This document shows, in pieces, positions 29,131-39,102 of a stretch of DNA of 64,000 bases. Origin of the DNA: Actinomycetota bacterium (GTDB taxonomy: Bacteria > Actinomycetota > Actinomycetes > Nanopelagicales > Nanopelagicaceae). A model generated the notes under the pieces. It worked only from the letters and a program-made list of their open reading frames with translations. It made no database searches and had not been told where the DNA came from. The stretch covers positions 2,594-66,593 of the forward strand of contig CANBRH010000002.1 of NCBI GenBank assembly GCA_947371865.1, in the 5' to 3' direction. Position numbers and translations under genes: made by a program. Each line of letters starts with the position of its first letter. The first letter of the stretch is position 1.

Positions 29131-29907
29131 TTAGGAATTACGCTCATGAACTAATCGCAAGCCGATGAGCGTGAGATCGGGTTCGTGGTAGTCGATGGTT
29201 TCGCTAATTCCGAGAACCAAAGTTGCAAGTCCGCCCGTTGCAATGACTGTGGTCGATTCGGTTCCAGGATAGAGAATCTCCAGTTCATCGATGATTCGGT
29301 TAACCAAACCATCCACTTGCCCGGCGAATCCAAAGATGGTTCCAGATTGCAAGGCTTCCACCGTGTTCTTTCCAATTACAGACTTGGGGCGTACCAGCTC
29401 GACCTTGCGCAGTTGGGCGGCACGAGCGGCCAACGCGTCCACCGAAATTTCGATACCCGGAGCTAGTGCGCCACCCAGGAATTCACCTTTAGGGGAGACC
29501 ACATCCAAATTAGTTGATGTTCCAAAATCCACAACGATGCTGGGACCGGCAGATCCGTAAAGGGTGTGAGCGGCCAAGGTATTTACGATTCGATCGGCGC
29601 CAATTTCTTTGGGGTTATCAACCAACAACGGAACGCCTGTTTTAACGCCTGGTTCAACGATTGTGGTTGGAATATGCGCAAAATAATTCTTGATCATGCC
29701 TCGAATCTCACGGAGTGAGGCTGGAACGGTAGAACACACCGCTAACCCCGTCAGGTCATAACCTTCAATCAGCGAGCGATACTGCAACCACAATTCATCG
29801 GAAGTGTCTCGTGGATCAGTCTTGACTCGCCACGAATGCACCATCTTTTCACCCTCAAAGACGCCTAACACCGTGTTCGTGTTTCCCACGTCAACTGTTA
29901 GCAACAT
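29131..29907 (-). CDS. coaX: type III pantothenate kinase
   Basis: N-terminal MLLTVDVGNTNTVLGVF and GADRIVN, with an ASKHA fold. Confidence 0.93.
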   Translation of the reverse strand: MLLTVDVGNTNTVLGVFEGEKMVHSWRVKTDPRDTSDELWLQYRSLIEGYDLTGLAVCSTVPASLREIRGMIKNYFAHIPTTIVEPGVKTGVPLLVDNPKEIGADRIVNTLAAHTLYGSAGPSIVVDFGTSTNLDVVSPKGEFLGGALAPGIEISVDALAARAAQLRKVELVRPKSVIGKNTVEALQSGTIFGFAGQVDGLVNRIIDELEILYPGTESTTVIATGGLATLVLGISETIDYHEPDLTLIGLRLVHERNS

Positions 29908-29909
29908 TT

Positions 29910-30788
29910 CTATACCGCCTTAAAATCTAGACCGATATCCAGCACTGATGCTGAATGGGTAAGGGCTCCTACTGCAAGATAATCAACGCCAGTTGATGCG
30001 TATGCATGGGCATTTTCCAACGTAAGTCCGCCCGATGCTTCAAGTTTCGTTTTACCTTTCACCATCTCGACCGCAGCGCGACATTGTTCAAGGGACATGT
30101 TGTCGAGAAGAACCAAATCTGCGCCAGCAGCAACCACATCACGAAGTTGTTCGAGTCGGTCTACTTCAACTTCCACTTCAATGTCAGGATATTTCGCTCG
30201 GACGGCGGCGAATGCCTGCGTAACTCCCCCCGCCGCAACAATGTGGTTGTCTTTGATAAGAGCCGCGTCCGACAGAGACATCCGGTGATTTGTGCCCCCA
30301 CCCATACGTACTGCAAACTTTTCCAATTCACGATGGAGTGGTGTGGTCTTGCGAGTATCACGAATCTCGACCGGCAAGCCTTTTACATCATTGACCCAAC
30401 GCCTCGTTAATGTTGCGATTCCGCTGAGCCGTCCTATGAAGTTCAGCGCAGTACGTTCTGCTAGAAGTAATTCGCGAGTATTTCCTTGCACCCAAATCAA
30501 TACTTCTCCTGGTTCGATGTGATCACCTTCAGCGACTTTGATTTTGTAATCGGTGATACCACGTACTTCCAGCACGGCTGCCGCAATGCAAAGTCCCGCT
30601 ACAGTTCCAGTTTTGCGAGCACGAAATTCAGCAATGGAAACTTGAGTGGCTGGGATGGTGGCAAGTGAAGTGACATCTTCGCCACCAGCAAGGTCTTCTG
30701 CGATCGTTCGTTCGACGATATCTGCGACATAGCTAGGGTCCAGCTGAAGATCCGACAGCTGATCTGCAAGTAGTGGTGAAAGTTGCAT
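29910..30788 (-). CDS. nadC: nicotinate-nucleotide diphosphorylase (carboxylating) / quinolinate phosphoribosyltransferase
   Basis: 292 aa with the QPRTase signature TRKTTPLHRELEKFAVRMGGGTNHR..IKDNH. Confidence 0.93.
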   Translation of the reverse strand: MQLSPLLADQLSDLQLDPSYVADIVERTIAEDLAGGEDVTSLATIPATQVSIAEFRARKTGTVAGLCIAAAVLEVRGITDYKIKVAEGDHIEPGEVLIWVQGNTRELLLAERTALNFIGRLSGIATLTRRWVNDVKGLPVEIRDTRKTTPLHRELEKFAVRMGGGTNHRMSLSDAALIKDNHIVAAGGVTQAFAAVRAKYPDIEVEVEVDRLEQLRDVVAAGADLVLLDNMSLEQCRAAVEMVKGKTKLEASGGLTLENAHAYASTGVDYLAVGALTHSASVLDIGLDFKAV

Positions 30789-32395
30789 TACTTAACCTCT
30801 TCTGTCGATGAGTGCCATTTTCCAGTCCTATCTAAATTCTGGATTATGCGCTTGTGCCATTGATCTGAAGTGTCCGGAAAATCTGTCCGCCAATGAGAGC
30901 CGCGTGATTCGGTGCGGACCAGTGCCGCTTGAACTATGGCTGTGGCGAGTAGATAAAGATTGGAGGCTTCCCAAGCTTCTAAAGATGGCTCGGTTGTTGT
31001 GTATTCAGATAATTGCTGGAGTACTGACAGAGTCTCTTTGAGCGAATTCTCCGAACGCATGACACCTGCCCCTTGGCTCATAGCAAGCTGTAGCGGAAGT
31101 TCGATTGTGGGGCTTAAGAGAAAGTCAGAACCTTGGTTAGCGCTGGGTTGGGATTGATCTGGAAGGTGAGCGAGAATATGAGTTGAAATGCGGGCACCAA
31201 ATACCAGCCCCTCAAGCAGAGAATTTGAAGCCAATCGATTTGCACCGTGCGCGCCAGTGCAAGCCGTTTCCCCACAGGCGTAGAGACCGGGGACGGTGGT
31301 TTGGCCATTGAGGTCTACTAAAACACCACCCGATGCATAGTGAGAGGCTGGCGATACTGGAATTAATTGTGACGTCGGGTCAATGCCATTGGCTTTGCAG
31401 GATGAATAGATGGTTGGAAAGCGTTCACGAAAATCTTTGATAGCGGTTGCATCTAGCCACACATGTTGCGAACCGGACTCTTTGATTTGAGAAAAGATTT
31501 CCTTGGCGACGATGTCACGTGGAGCAAGTTCAGCAAGTGGATGCTTGCCGACCATGAAACGCTCGCCTCGGTGATTCAATAACAACGCACCTTCTCCGCG
31601 CACCGCTTCACTTATTAGAGGTTGTTGTCCGCCAGTGCTGGAGTCGCGCCATAAGACCGTGGGATGAAATTGGATAAATTCCACATCAGCAACCGCCGCA
31701 CCGGCACGGAGGGCTAACGCAACTCCGTCACCGGTGGAGACCGAAGGGTTGGTAGTTTGCGAATACACCTGGCCGAGGCCGCCGGTGGCGATCACAACTG
31801 CACGTGCAAGTGCTCGCCCAACTCCGTCTCGGCTGCCAGCCCCGATGACATGCAGAGTCACTCCACATACCGAACCGGTTTCACTCAAGAGTGCATCAAT
31901 AGCCAAAGCGTGCTCAATCACTTCTATCCCGGCATCATTTTGAACCGCCGCAAGTAAAGCGCGCGACACTTCAGCCCCGGTTGCATCTCCACCGGCATGA
32001 AGAATGCGGTTGCGTAAATGGCCACCTTCGCGCGTGAGCGCAATTTCGCCAGTCTCGGATTTATCGAACACGGCACCGCGAGCGATTAATCGACGTACCG
32101 CTTCTGGACCTTCGCTCACTAGTACATCGACTGCGTCGGTATCGCATAAACCTGCACCGGCAATGAGTGTGTCTTTCTTATGTTGTCCGGGTGTATCTCC
32201 AGGTCCAAGCGCAGCAGCAATTCCGCCTTGCGCCCATTTTGTAGAACCTTCATCGATGTGAGATTTGGTCACGAGAAGAACAGAGAGACCGCCAGCGCGC
32301 AAATTGAGCGCTGTAGTTAAGCCAGCAACTCCTGAACCAATAACAATGACATCTGCTTGAACTGTCCATCCAGGTTCACCAGCACGTAGCTTCAT
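30788..32395 (-). CDS. nadB: L-aspartate oxidase
   Basis: FAD-binding DVIVIGSGVAGL and the flavoprotein signature. I set the start to ATG 32395, which gives an ATGA overlap with the panC stop. The track ORF extends 18 codons further into panC. Confidence 0.9.
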   Translation of the reverse strand: MKLRAGEPGWTVQADVIVIGSGVAGLTTALNLRAGGLSVLLVTKSHIDEGSTKWAQGGIAAALGPGDTPGQHKKDTLIAGAGLCDTDAVDVLVSEGPEAVRRLIARGAVFDKSETGEIALTREGGHLRNRILHAGGDATGAEVSRALLAAVQNDAGIEVIEHALAIDALLSETGSVCGVTLHVIGAGSRDGVGRALARAVVIATGGLGQVYSQTTNPSVSTGDGVALALRAGAAVADVEFIQFHPTVLWRDSSTGGQQPLISEAVRGEGALLLNHRGERFMVGKHPLAELAPRDIVAKEIFSQIKESGSQHVWLDATAIKDFRERFPTIYSSCKANGIDPTSQLIPVSPASHYASGGVLVDLNGQTTVPGLYACGETACTGAHGANRLASNSLLEGLVFGARISTHILAHLPDQSQPSANQGSDFLLSPTIELPLQLAMSQGAGVMRSENSLKETLSVLQQLSEYTTTEPSLEAWEASNLYLLATAIVQAALVRTESRGSHWRTDFPDTSDQWHKRIIQNLDRTGKWHSSTEEVK

Positions 32396-33177
32396 ACTGT
32401 TGCCTGACTCATCGCCATATTGTCGAGCAAACGGACGCCATTTATCCAACCAGCGACGATGGCCCGATTCGAACCCGTGGTGGAAGTTGCTGGGAGAAAA
32501 GTTGCTTCATCGATGATTTCGGCATAGTCCACGGTGAAAAGCGGCTGATCGGCCAAGGCGGCAGCCAAAGTGGAGCGAGCAAGCGCTAAATCTTTTACAG
32601 GCGCAGCTTTGCCCAGCGCTTGCGAGATTACGGTGGCTGCGGCCCTGCCTTCTGGGCTCAAGCGAATATTGCGGGAGGACATCGCCAAACCGTCGCTTTC
32701 TCGGACGATCGGGGCGCTCACAATTTCAATCGGAAGGTCGAACTTTGCCACCATCGCCTTCACAAGAAAAAGTTGTTGGAAATCTTTCTCGCCAAAGATC
32801 GCCCACTTTGGAGTCGTTAATTCAAAGAGTCGTTTCACCACGGTCAACATGCCATCGAAGTGGCCTGGGCGCGCGGCGCCTTCAAAGGTCTTTCCAACTT
32901 CGCCAGAATCAATGAGATCGACCTTCGCGGGATAGATCTCTTGGGCGGTGGGAATCCAAACTCTGGCGGCGCCTGCAGCGATGGCGATAGCTGTATCAAC
33001 GTCAGGAGTTCGTGGATATTTGGCTAAATCTTCTGGATTTTCAAATTGGAGCGGATTTACGAAGACACTGACAACCGCGTCCTCTGAAAGCGATCGCGCC
33101 AACCTAATTAATGATTCATGACCAGCATGAAGAGCGCCCATCGTTGGAACAAAGGCGATCTCGGGTGGCTTCATCAC
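32392..33177 (-). CDS. panC: pantoate--beta-alanine ligase
   Basis: N-terminal FVPTMGALHAGH (HIGH-like motif). The start is GTG 33177 or ATG 33174. Confidence 0.93.
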   Translation of the reverse strand: MMKPPEIAFVPTMGALHAGHESLIRLARSLSEDAVVSVFVNPLQFENPEDLAKYPRTPDVDTAIAIAAGAARVWIPTAQEIYPAKVDLIDSGEVGKTFEGAARPGHFDGMLTVVKRLFELTTPKWAIFGEKDFQQLFLVKAMVAKFDLPIEIVSAPIVRESDGLAMSSRNIRLSPEGRAAATVISQALGKAAPVKDLALARSTLAAALADQPLFTVDYAEIIDEATFLPATSTTGSNRAIVAGWINGVRLLDNMAMSQATV

Positions 33178-33229
33178 TATCCTGCTCCAGTCCTTCTTGA
33201 GGGGGTACCGGGCTTTTGGTGCTCTTATG

Positions 33230-33682
33230 TTAGTCGGTGTTTAGCTCGGCTAGTAGGTCGGCAATCCTGCCCTGGCCAGGGATATAACCATCTGGGTCGA
33301 TCTCTAGCCACGGCGCCAATACAAAAGCTCGCTCATGAGCCCTGGGGTGGGGCAGCTGCAACTCTTCACTATCAATTAACAAGTCGCCAGCGACAATGAG
33401 ATCGAGGTCTAAGGTCCTAGGTCCCCACTTCACGTCACGAACCCGACCTAATCTTGATTCAATCTGTAACAAGAGTTGAAGAAGTTCCTCGGGCTCGCGA
33501 TCACAATCGCCCACCAGGACGGCATTTAAATAGTCAGGTTGCTCAGGACCCCCAACTGGGTCAGTATCGATAAACGATGAAATGGCATCGATACGGATGA
33601 CTTCACTCAGTTCAGCCTCGGCGCGATTGAGATTGGCTTCCCGATCGCCCAAGTTCGATCCCAGGGCAATAACAACTTTCAT
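33230..33682 (-). CDS. folK: 2-amino-4-hydroxy-6-hydroxymethyldihydropteridine diphosphokinase
   Basis: 150 aa with the HPPK signature GPRTLDLDLI..LQLPHPRAHERAFVL. Confidence 0.93.
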   Translation of the reverse strand: MKVVIALGSNLGDREANLNRAEAELSEVIRIDAISSFIDTDPVGGPEQPDYLNAVLVGDCDREPEELLQLLLQIESRLGRVRDVKWGPRTLDLDLIVAGDLLIDSEELQLPHPRAHERAFVLAPWLEIDPDGYIPGQGRIADLLAELNTD

Positions 33683-34041
33683 TGGTGCCTAGTTATCTGA
33701 ACGGCGATGTCGGCTACATCTATCCCTACCGGTGCTTCAGGTTTGTGCACGGTAACTTCGATGGATTGAACGAGTGAATAAGTTTTCAGTACTCGATGAG
33801 CAATCTCATCTGCCAAACGCTCAATAAGTAGGAATGGTTCGCCCACAATAATTTCGTGAATCAATTGGGCGACTTTGGAATAATCAACGGTGTTGAGTAA
33901 ATGATCGTTTGAACCGGGTACCGAAAGATCGAGTGACAACGTTGCATCGACGACAAATTTCTGCCCTTGGATTCGTTCTTCAGGGAAGACTCCGTGAAAT
34001 CCCGTAGCAGAGATTCCCGTGATGATGATGCGGTCGCTCAT
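33679..34041 (-). CDS. folB: dihydroneopterin aldolase
   Basis: 120 aa with GFHGVFPEERIQGQKFVVD. It overlaps both folK and folP by 4 nt. Confidence 0.9.
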   Translation of the reverse strand: MSDRIIITGISATGFHGVFPEERIQGQKFVVDATLSLDLSVPGSNDHLLNTVDYSKVAQLIHEIIVGEPFLLIERLADEIAHRVLKTYSLVQSIEVTVHKPEAPVGIDVADIAVQITRHQ

Positions 34042-34844
34042 TTCATTAGCTCCAATGCAACGGAGATCGCTTGCTTATGTGGCTTCACACTGTGAACTCT
34101 GATCCCCCAGATGCCGGCATTGGTTAACAAAGCCGTTAACGCAACCGAGGCAATTTCGCGATCATCCGGTGTGGCACCTCCGAGAAGTTCACCCAAGAAG
34201 CGCTTTCGAGATGCACCTACCAACAAGGGGAAACCCAGAAGTGAAAGTCGATCAAGATTTCGGAGAAGTTGCCAATTATGTTCGGGTAATTTTGCAAAAC
34301 CAATGCCTGGGTCCAAAATGATTTGTTCTGCTTTTACGCCGAGTTTGGTCAACGCCAATACTCGATCATCAAGTTCAGATTTAACATCAGCTACAACGTC
34401 TTGATATTTCGCAAGCTCATTCATACTCGCCGAATGCCCACGCCAATGCATGACTATGTACTGAACTTCTGGGTGACTTGCAATTACTTTGGCCATGTCT
34501 GGATCGGCTAGTCCACCGCTGACATCATTAACAAATGTCGCTCCGGCAGCAATTGCTGATCGAGCCACACTTGCTCGCATAGTGTCGATACTTATTGCTA
34601 CACCGAGTTCAGAGAGCGCTTTAATGACAGGGATAACACGGGCTTCTTCTTCGCCAGCATCTACTCTCTCAGCTCCGGGACGGGTTGATTCACCACCTAC
34701 ATCGATGATGTCGACGCCTTCAAAGATCATTTCTTCAGCTCGACGCAGAGCGCTTTCCGATGAAAAGTGCCGACCTCCGTCAGCGAAAGAATCTGGCGTT
34801 ACATTGAGTATGCCCATGACTAACGGGGCGACGCTGTTTATCAT
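34038..34844 (-). CDS. folP: dihydropteroate synthase
   Basis: GILNVTPDSFADGG, IIDVGGESTRPG and DPGIGFAK motifs. Confidence 0.95.
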   Translation of the reverse strand: MINSVAPLVMGILNVTPDSFADGGRHFSSESALRRAEEMIFEGVDIIDVGGESTRPGAERVDAGEEEARVIPVIKALSELGVAISIDTMRASVARSAIAAGATFVNDVSGGLADPDMAKVIASHPEVQYIVMHWRGHSASMNELAKYQDVVADVKSELDDRVLALTKLGVKAEQIILDPGIGFAKLPEHNWQLLRNLDRLSLLGFPLLVGASRKRFLGELLGGATPDDREIASVALTALLTNAGIWGIRVHSVKPHKQAISVALELMK

Positions 34845-34862
34845 GCAAATAGGTTTTTCACG

Positions 34863-35486
34863 TCAGTGGGATGCAGCGGTAATTAAACTCATTGCCTCGG
34901 CTCGAGTTGCTGGATTGCGCAGTTGTCCGCGAACGGCACTTGTGATGGTGCGAGCCTGTGATTTCCGGACGCCTCGCATCGACATACATAGGTGCTCGCA
35001 ATCAATGACAACGATTACACCGCCAGGATTCAATACCTCAACCATGGCATCGGCAATTTGGGTTGTGAGGCGCTCTTGAACCTGTGGTCGTCTGGAATAT
35101 AAATCAACCAACCTGGCCAATTTTGATAGACCAGTAATTCGACCACTGCTGCCAGGTATGTATCCAATGTGAGCGACGCCATGAAAGGGAGTGAGGTGAT
35201 GCTCGCAGTGGGAGAAGACTTCAATGTCGCGGACAATGACGAGTTCGCTGTGGCCAATGTCGAATGTGGTTGTTAAAACTTCTTCAGGGCTTTTCCACAA
35301 ACCGGCAAAGTTCTCTTGAAGCGCTCTGGCCACTCGACCCGGTGTATCAACCAGACCTTCACGAGTGGGATCCTCACCAATTGCAAGTAGCAGTTCAGTG
35401 ATGGCGCGTTCAGCTCGCTCTTGGTCAAAAGGCGCCTTCGCGCCTCCGTCATGAGGTCCCATTGATACTGGGGTAATTTCATTCAC
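34863..35486 (-). CDS. folE: GTP cyclohydrolase I
   Basis: [13 protein letters not shown] zinc/catalytic motif and [10 protein letters not shown]. Confidence 0.95.
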   Translation of the reverse strand: MNEITPVSMGPHDGGAKAPFDQERAERAITELLLAIGEDPTREGLVDTPGRVARALQENFAGLWKSPEEVLTTTFDIGHSELVIVRDIEVFSHCEHHLTPFHGVAHIGYIPGSSGRITGLSKLARLVDLYSRRPQVQERLTTQIADAMVEVLNPGGVIVVIDCEHLCMSMRGVRKSQARTITSAVRGQLRNPATRAEAMSLITAASH

Positions 35487-37506
35487 TTGCTGGCGCTACC
35501 TTTTTAGCGCGAGGCTTACGTACTTGTTTTGCCGTTGGGGCTTCCGCCGCAGGTTGCAATGAGTTGGCTGGAGACATCGCAACTGGTGGCAAATCCGACG
35601 GTAGACGATTTGGTGAACCAGTCCAGGCTGGGCGAGGAGCAATCATGGTGACGCCTTGGAAGATGCGATCGATATCTTCTTTTAATAGCGTTTCCTTCTC
35701 TAGCAATTCGACAACGAGAGCGTCGAGAATTCCGCGATTAGCGACCAAAATATCGAACGCCTCTTGATGAGCATTCTTGATGAGGTCATGAATCTCTTCG
35801 TCAACAATGCCAGCAACTTCTTCGGAGTAATCACGTTGGTGGCCATAGTTCTTGCCCAAGAATGGCTCGCCCTCGCTAATACCTAATTTGATGGCGCCAA
35901 TGCGCTCAGTCATTCCATATTGAGTGACCATAGCTCGGGCTAGATTGGTCGCCTTCTCAATATCGTTTGAGGCGCCAGTGGTTGGATCATGGAAGATGAG
36001 TTCTTCAGCAGCCCGTCCACCCAAAGAGTAGGCCAATTGATCGAGCATTTGGTTACGAGTTGTGGCGTAACGATCCTCATCGGGCAAAACCATGGTGTAG
36101 CCCAGCGCCCGGCCTCGCGGCATGATCGTAATTTTATGAACAGGATCCGAATGTGGGAGGGCGTGAGCAACAAGTGCGTGACCACCTTCGTGGTAAGCCG
36201 TGATGCGGCGTTCTTCCTCTGTCATCAAACGAGTCTTGCGTTGTGGTCCAGCCATAACGCGATCAATGGCTTCATCGAGTGCGCTGGTCGTAATTATTTT
36301 TGCATTCTCACGCGCAGTCAGAAGTGCAGCTTCGTTTAGGACGTTGGCCAGATCTGCGCCAGTAAATCCCGGAGTGCGTTTTGCGAATCCATTGAGATCA
36401 ATATTCTTGGCCAGCGGCTTACCTTTGGCGTGAACTTCAAGAATTGCAGTTCTGCCTTTGAGATCAGGTCGATCGACAGGAATTTGTCGATCAAAACGTC
36501 CGGGGCGAAGTAAGGCGGGATCGAGCACGTCGGGCCGGTTTGTCGCCGCAATAAGAATTACTTGACCATTGGCCTCAAAGCCATCCATCTCAACGAGAAG
36601 TTGGTTGAGTGTTTGTTCGCGTTCGTCATGCCCGCCACCAAGACCGGCACCACGTTGACGACCGACCGCATCAATTTCATCGACAAATATGATGGCTGGA
36701 GCGTTCTCTTTCGCCTGTGCGAAGAGATCGCGAACTCGAGCAGCGCCAACCCCTACGAACATTTCGACAAATTCTGAGCCTGAAATCGAATAAAACGGCA
36801 CGTTTGCTTCACCAGCAACAGCACGCGCGAGCAACGTCTTTCCTGTTCCGGGCGGGCCGTAAAGCAAAACACCTTTAGGGATTTTGGCTCCGATATCTTG
36901 ATACTTCTTCGGTTCAGCCAAGAAGTCTTTTATCTCTCGGAGTTCATCGACCGCCTCATCAGCACCTGCAACATCTGCAAAAGTGTTCTTCGGGGTTTCT
37001 TTGCTCTGCAATTTAGCTTTCGATCGACCAAAACTAAAGACTTTGTTTCCGCCGCCTTGGGCGTTGCTCATGAAGAAGAGAAGTAGGAAGCCAATTAATA
37101 AAAGTGGCGCAAAGGTGAAGAAAATCGAGACCAAAATTGATTGCGTTGGGACTTTTACATTCCATGCCTTGGGAGGCGGATTGCTGGTAAGTAGCTCAAC
37201 TATTTGTGGCTCTTGGCCTGCCACATAGGAAGCTTCAAGCCGAGAAGAACCCTTGACGAATTCTCCAGCCTTCAGGATGACGCGAATCTTCTGGTCTTTA
37301 TCGATTAACAAGACTGAGTCGACTTGATTATTTGAAATTTCCGCCAGAACCGTTGAGGTATCCACCTTAATGAATTGAGCACCGCTGCCAGAGATTCTGC
37401 CAAAAACGCTAACGGCGACGAGTGCAGCAACAATCCAAAAGAGTGGACCGCGAAGCATCTTCCGCATCTTAGGTTTTTGAACTTTAATCTTTTTCTTTTC
37501 AGCCAC
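35479..37506 (-). CDS. ftsH: ATP-dependent zinc metalloprotease FtsH
   Basis: Two TM helices, Walker A GPPGTGKT, a second region of homology, and the HEGGHA zinc site. The GTG start at 37506 is uncertain; ATG 13 codons downstream is possible. Confidence 0.95.
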   Translation of the reverse strand: MAEKKKIKVQKPKMRKMLRGPLFWIVAALVAVSVFGRISGSGAQFIKVDTSTVLAEISNNQVDSVLLIDKDQKIRVILKAGEFVKGSSRLEASYVAGQEPQIVELLTSNPPPKAWNVKVPTQSILVSIFFTFAPLLLIGFLLLFFMSNAQGGGNKVFSFGRSKAKLQSKETPKNTFADVAGADEAVDELREIKDFLAEPKKYQDIGAKIPKGVLLYGPPGTGKTLLARAVAGEANVPFYSISGSEFVEMFVGVGAARVRDLFAQAKENAPAIIFVDEIDAVGRQRGAGLGGGHDEREQTLNQLLVEMDGFEANGQVILIAATNRPDVLDPALLRPGRFDRQIPVDRPDLKGRTAILEVHAKGKPLAKNIDLNGFAKRTPGFTGADLANVLNEAALLTARENAKIITTSALDEAIDRVMAGPQRKTRLMTEEERRITAYHEGGHALVAHALPHSDPVHKITIMPRGRALGYTMVLPDEDRYATTRNQMLDQLAYSLGGRAAEELIFHDPTTGASNDIEKATNLARAMVTQYGMTERIGAIKLGISEGEPFLGKNYGHQRDYSEEVAGIVDEEIHDLIKNAHQEAFDILVANRGILDALVVELLEKETLLKEDIDRIFQGVTMIAPRPAWTGSPNRLPSDLPPVAMSPANSLQPAAEAPTAKQVRKPRAKKVAPASE

Positions 37507-37541
37507 GCGTTATCTCATTTCTTGCAGGTGAGGGGAAATAG

Positions 37542-38093
37542 TTAGGAATAAATATGCTTTGCCAGAACGCCAATGAAATCTAGGTTTCGATACTTCTCGT
37601 TGTAATCCAATCCGTAACCAACAACGAAGTCGGATGGAATATCGAATCCGACGTATTTAACATCAACATCAACCTTTGCGGCGTCAGGTTTGCGAAGCAT
37701 GGTTAATATTTCTACACTCTTTGTTCCGCGAGATTCAAGGTTTGATTTCAGCCAAGCAAGGGTTAAACCACTGTCGACGATATCTTCCACAATCAAAACT
37801 TCTTTGCCCAGGATGTCGCGATCCAGATCCTTCAAAATTCGAACTACGCCAGATGACTTGGTACCAGATCCATAGGAGGAGACCGCCATCCAATCGGTTT
37901 CAATATGTCGTTGAAGGGAACGGGCAAAGTCGGCCATCGTCATGACGGCACCTTTGAGGACGCCAATAACGAGAAGTTCTCGGCCTTCGTAATCAGCCTC
38001 TACTTGCGCAGCAAGTTCTTTGAGTCGAGTTCGAATTTGCTCTTCGGTGACGACGACTCTTTCAATATCACTGCCAGTTGCTGCTAAGTCCAC
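37542..38093 (-). CDS. hpt: hypoxanthine phosphoribosyltransferase
   Basis: PRPP-binding motif VLIVEDIVDSGLT. SD AAGGAG precedes the GTG start. Confidence 0.93.
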   Translation of the reverse strand: MDLAATGSDIERVVVTEEQIRTRLKELAAQVEADYEGRELLVIGVLKGAVMTMADFARSLQRHIETDWMAVSSYGSGTKSSGVVRILKDLDRDILGKEVLIVEDIVDSGLTLAWLKSNLESRGTKSVEILTMLRKPDAAKVDVDVKYVGFDIPSDFVVGYGLDYNEKYRNLDFIGVLAKHIYS

Positions 38094-38121
38094 TTTGCTC
38101 CTTCAGGATTCATTTTCGTGG

Positions 38122-39081
38122 TCAGTCTCCACGTGAGAGCGAAAGTCTGCCCGATAAACGCTCTACCTTCACACCGCCCGGCAGTGAGGAGGGGCCTTGT
38201 CCCTTCCACCCGGTGACCAAAGCCTCGATCGGGGCCAAATGGTCTGCCGTGAGCGAACCTGCAGGGGCGCCGGCTTGGTAAATCGCCAGGCGGAGCACTC
38301 GCGCTCGAATAGCTTTTGGTAGCGTCATTAATTGGGCAACATCGAGATCCCCGCCCTTATTCCGCTCTAGAAATTGGTTAGCGAGCAGATCCAGCGCATC
38401 GGCATCCTCGCGGAGAATTTTGGCGGTTCGAGCCAGGGCAGAAGAGATTCCAGGGCCAAGTTCAGCCTCTAATACGGGAAGAACACGATGGCGAACCCGG
38501 GACCGGGTAAATCTTTGATTGGAGTTGTGAGGGTCTTCCCAGACGACCAATCCAGCTTCCACCACTGCTGCGGCCGTGATTGCCCGCGGCAAATCCAACA
38601 TTGGGCGGATAAATGGGCCAATCTCCTTGGCCATTCCAGAGAGAGAGCGAGTGCCAGAACCTCGGGCCAGCCCGAGCAGAACGGTCTCGGCCTGGTCATC
38701 CTCTGTATGACCTAGAAAAAGATAGCGAGCGCCATGGTGATCGATGAGGGCATGAAATCTTTCATACCGAGCCCGCCGAGCTGACCCCTCGAGCCCATCT
38801 GCCATCTCGACCTCAACCCGCCTGATCTCCACTTGAGGGAAGCCCATGCTGGCCAGACGAGAGCCAACCGCCTGGGCAATGTCAGCTGAGCCTTCTTGAA
38901 GTCCATGGTCGATGACCACTGGGATGGCAACTACTGCCCTGGGCCCGGACTCTTGAAAGAGGGCATAGGCCAAGGCCATGGAATCAATTCCACCAGAGAC
39001 GCCAATCAGGACTTTTTCGCCAGCCGAAACTTGATCCAGCCATGGGCGCAGTGATCGCCTGATCTCCATCATCGCCTTCAT
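38122..39081 (-). CDS. tilS: tRNA(Ile)-lysidine synthetase
   Basis: PP-loop VLIGVSGGIDSMAL, in the canonical tilS-hpt-ftsH order. Confidence 0.9.
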   Translation of the reverse strand: MKAMMEIRRSLRPWLDQVSAGEKVLIGVSGGIDSMALAYALFQESGPRAVVAIPVVIDHGLQEGSADIAQAVGSRLASMGFPQVEIRRVEVEMADGLEGSARRARYERFHALIDHHGARYLFLGHTEDDQAETVLLGLARGSGTRSLSGMAKEIGPFIRPMLDLPRAITAAAVVEAGLVVWEDPHNSNQRFTRSRVRHRVLPVLEAELGPGISSALARTAKILREDADALDLLANQFLERNKGGDLDVAQLMTLPKAIRARVLRLAIYQAGAPAGSLTADHLAPIEALVTGWKGQGPSSLPGGVKVERLSGRLSLSRGD

Positions 39082-39088
39082 GGAGTCA

Positions 39089-39094
39089 AGAGTA
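39089..39094 (-). promoter_or_regulatory. -10-like box TACTCT before tilS
   Basis: TACTCT on the minus strand, 7 nt before ATG 39081. Confidence 0.3.
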
Positions 39095-39102
39095 GTTAAT
39101 TT

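Noticed and set aside
34489-35079. Long antisense or alternative-frame ORFs in the track. Examples: 34489-35079 (+, 196 aa), 780-1298 (+, 172 aa), 59460-59966 and 60330-60836 (-, 168 aa each), 48972-49472 (-, 166 aa), 12718-13146 (-, 142 aa), 9915-10352 (-, 145 aa).
   Set aside because: Each lies entirely opposite or out of frame to a gene with strong family motifs (folP/folE, menD, ctaD, propeller, XPB partner, histidine phosphatase). Their translations are low-complexity and Arg/Ser/Pro-rich, with no motifs, SD or promoter. They are typical shadow ORFs.
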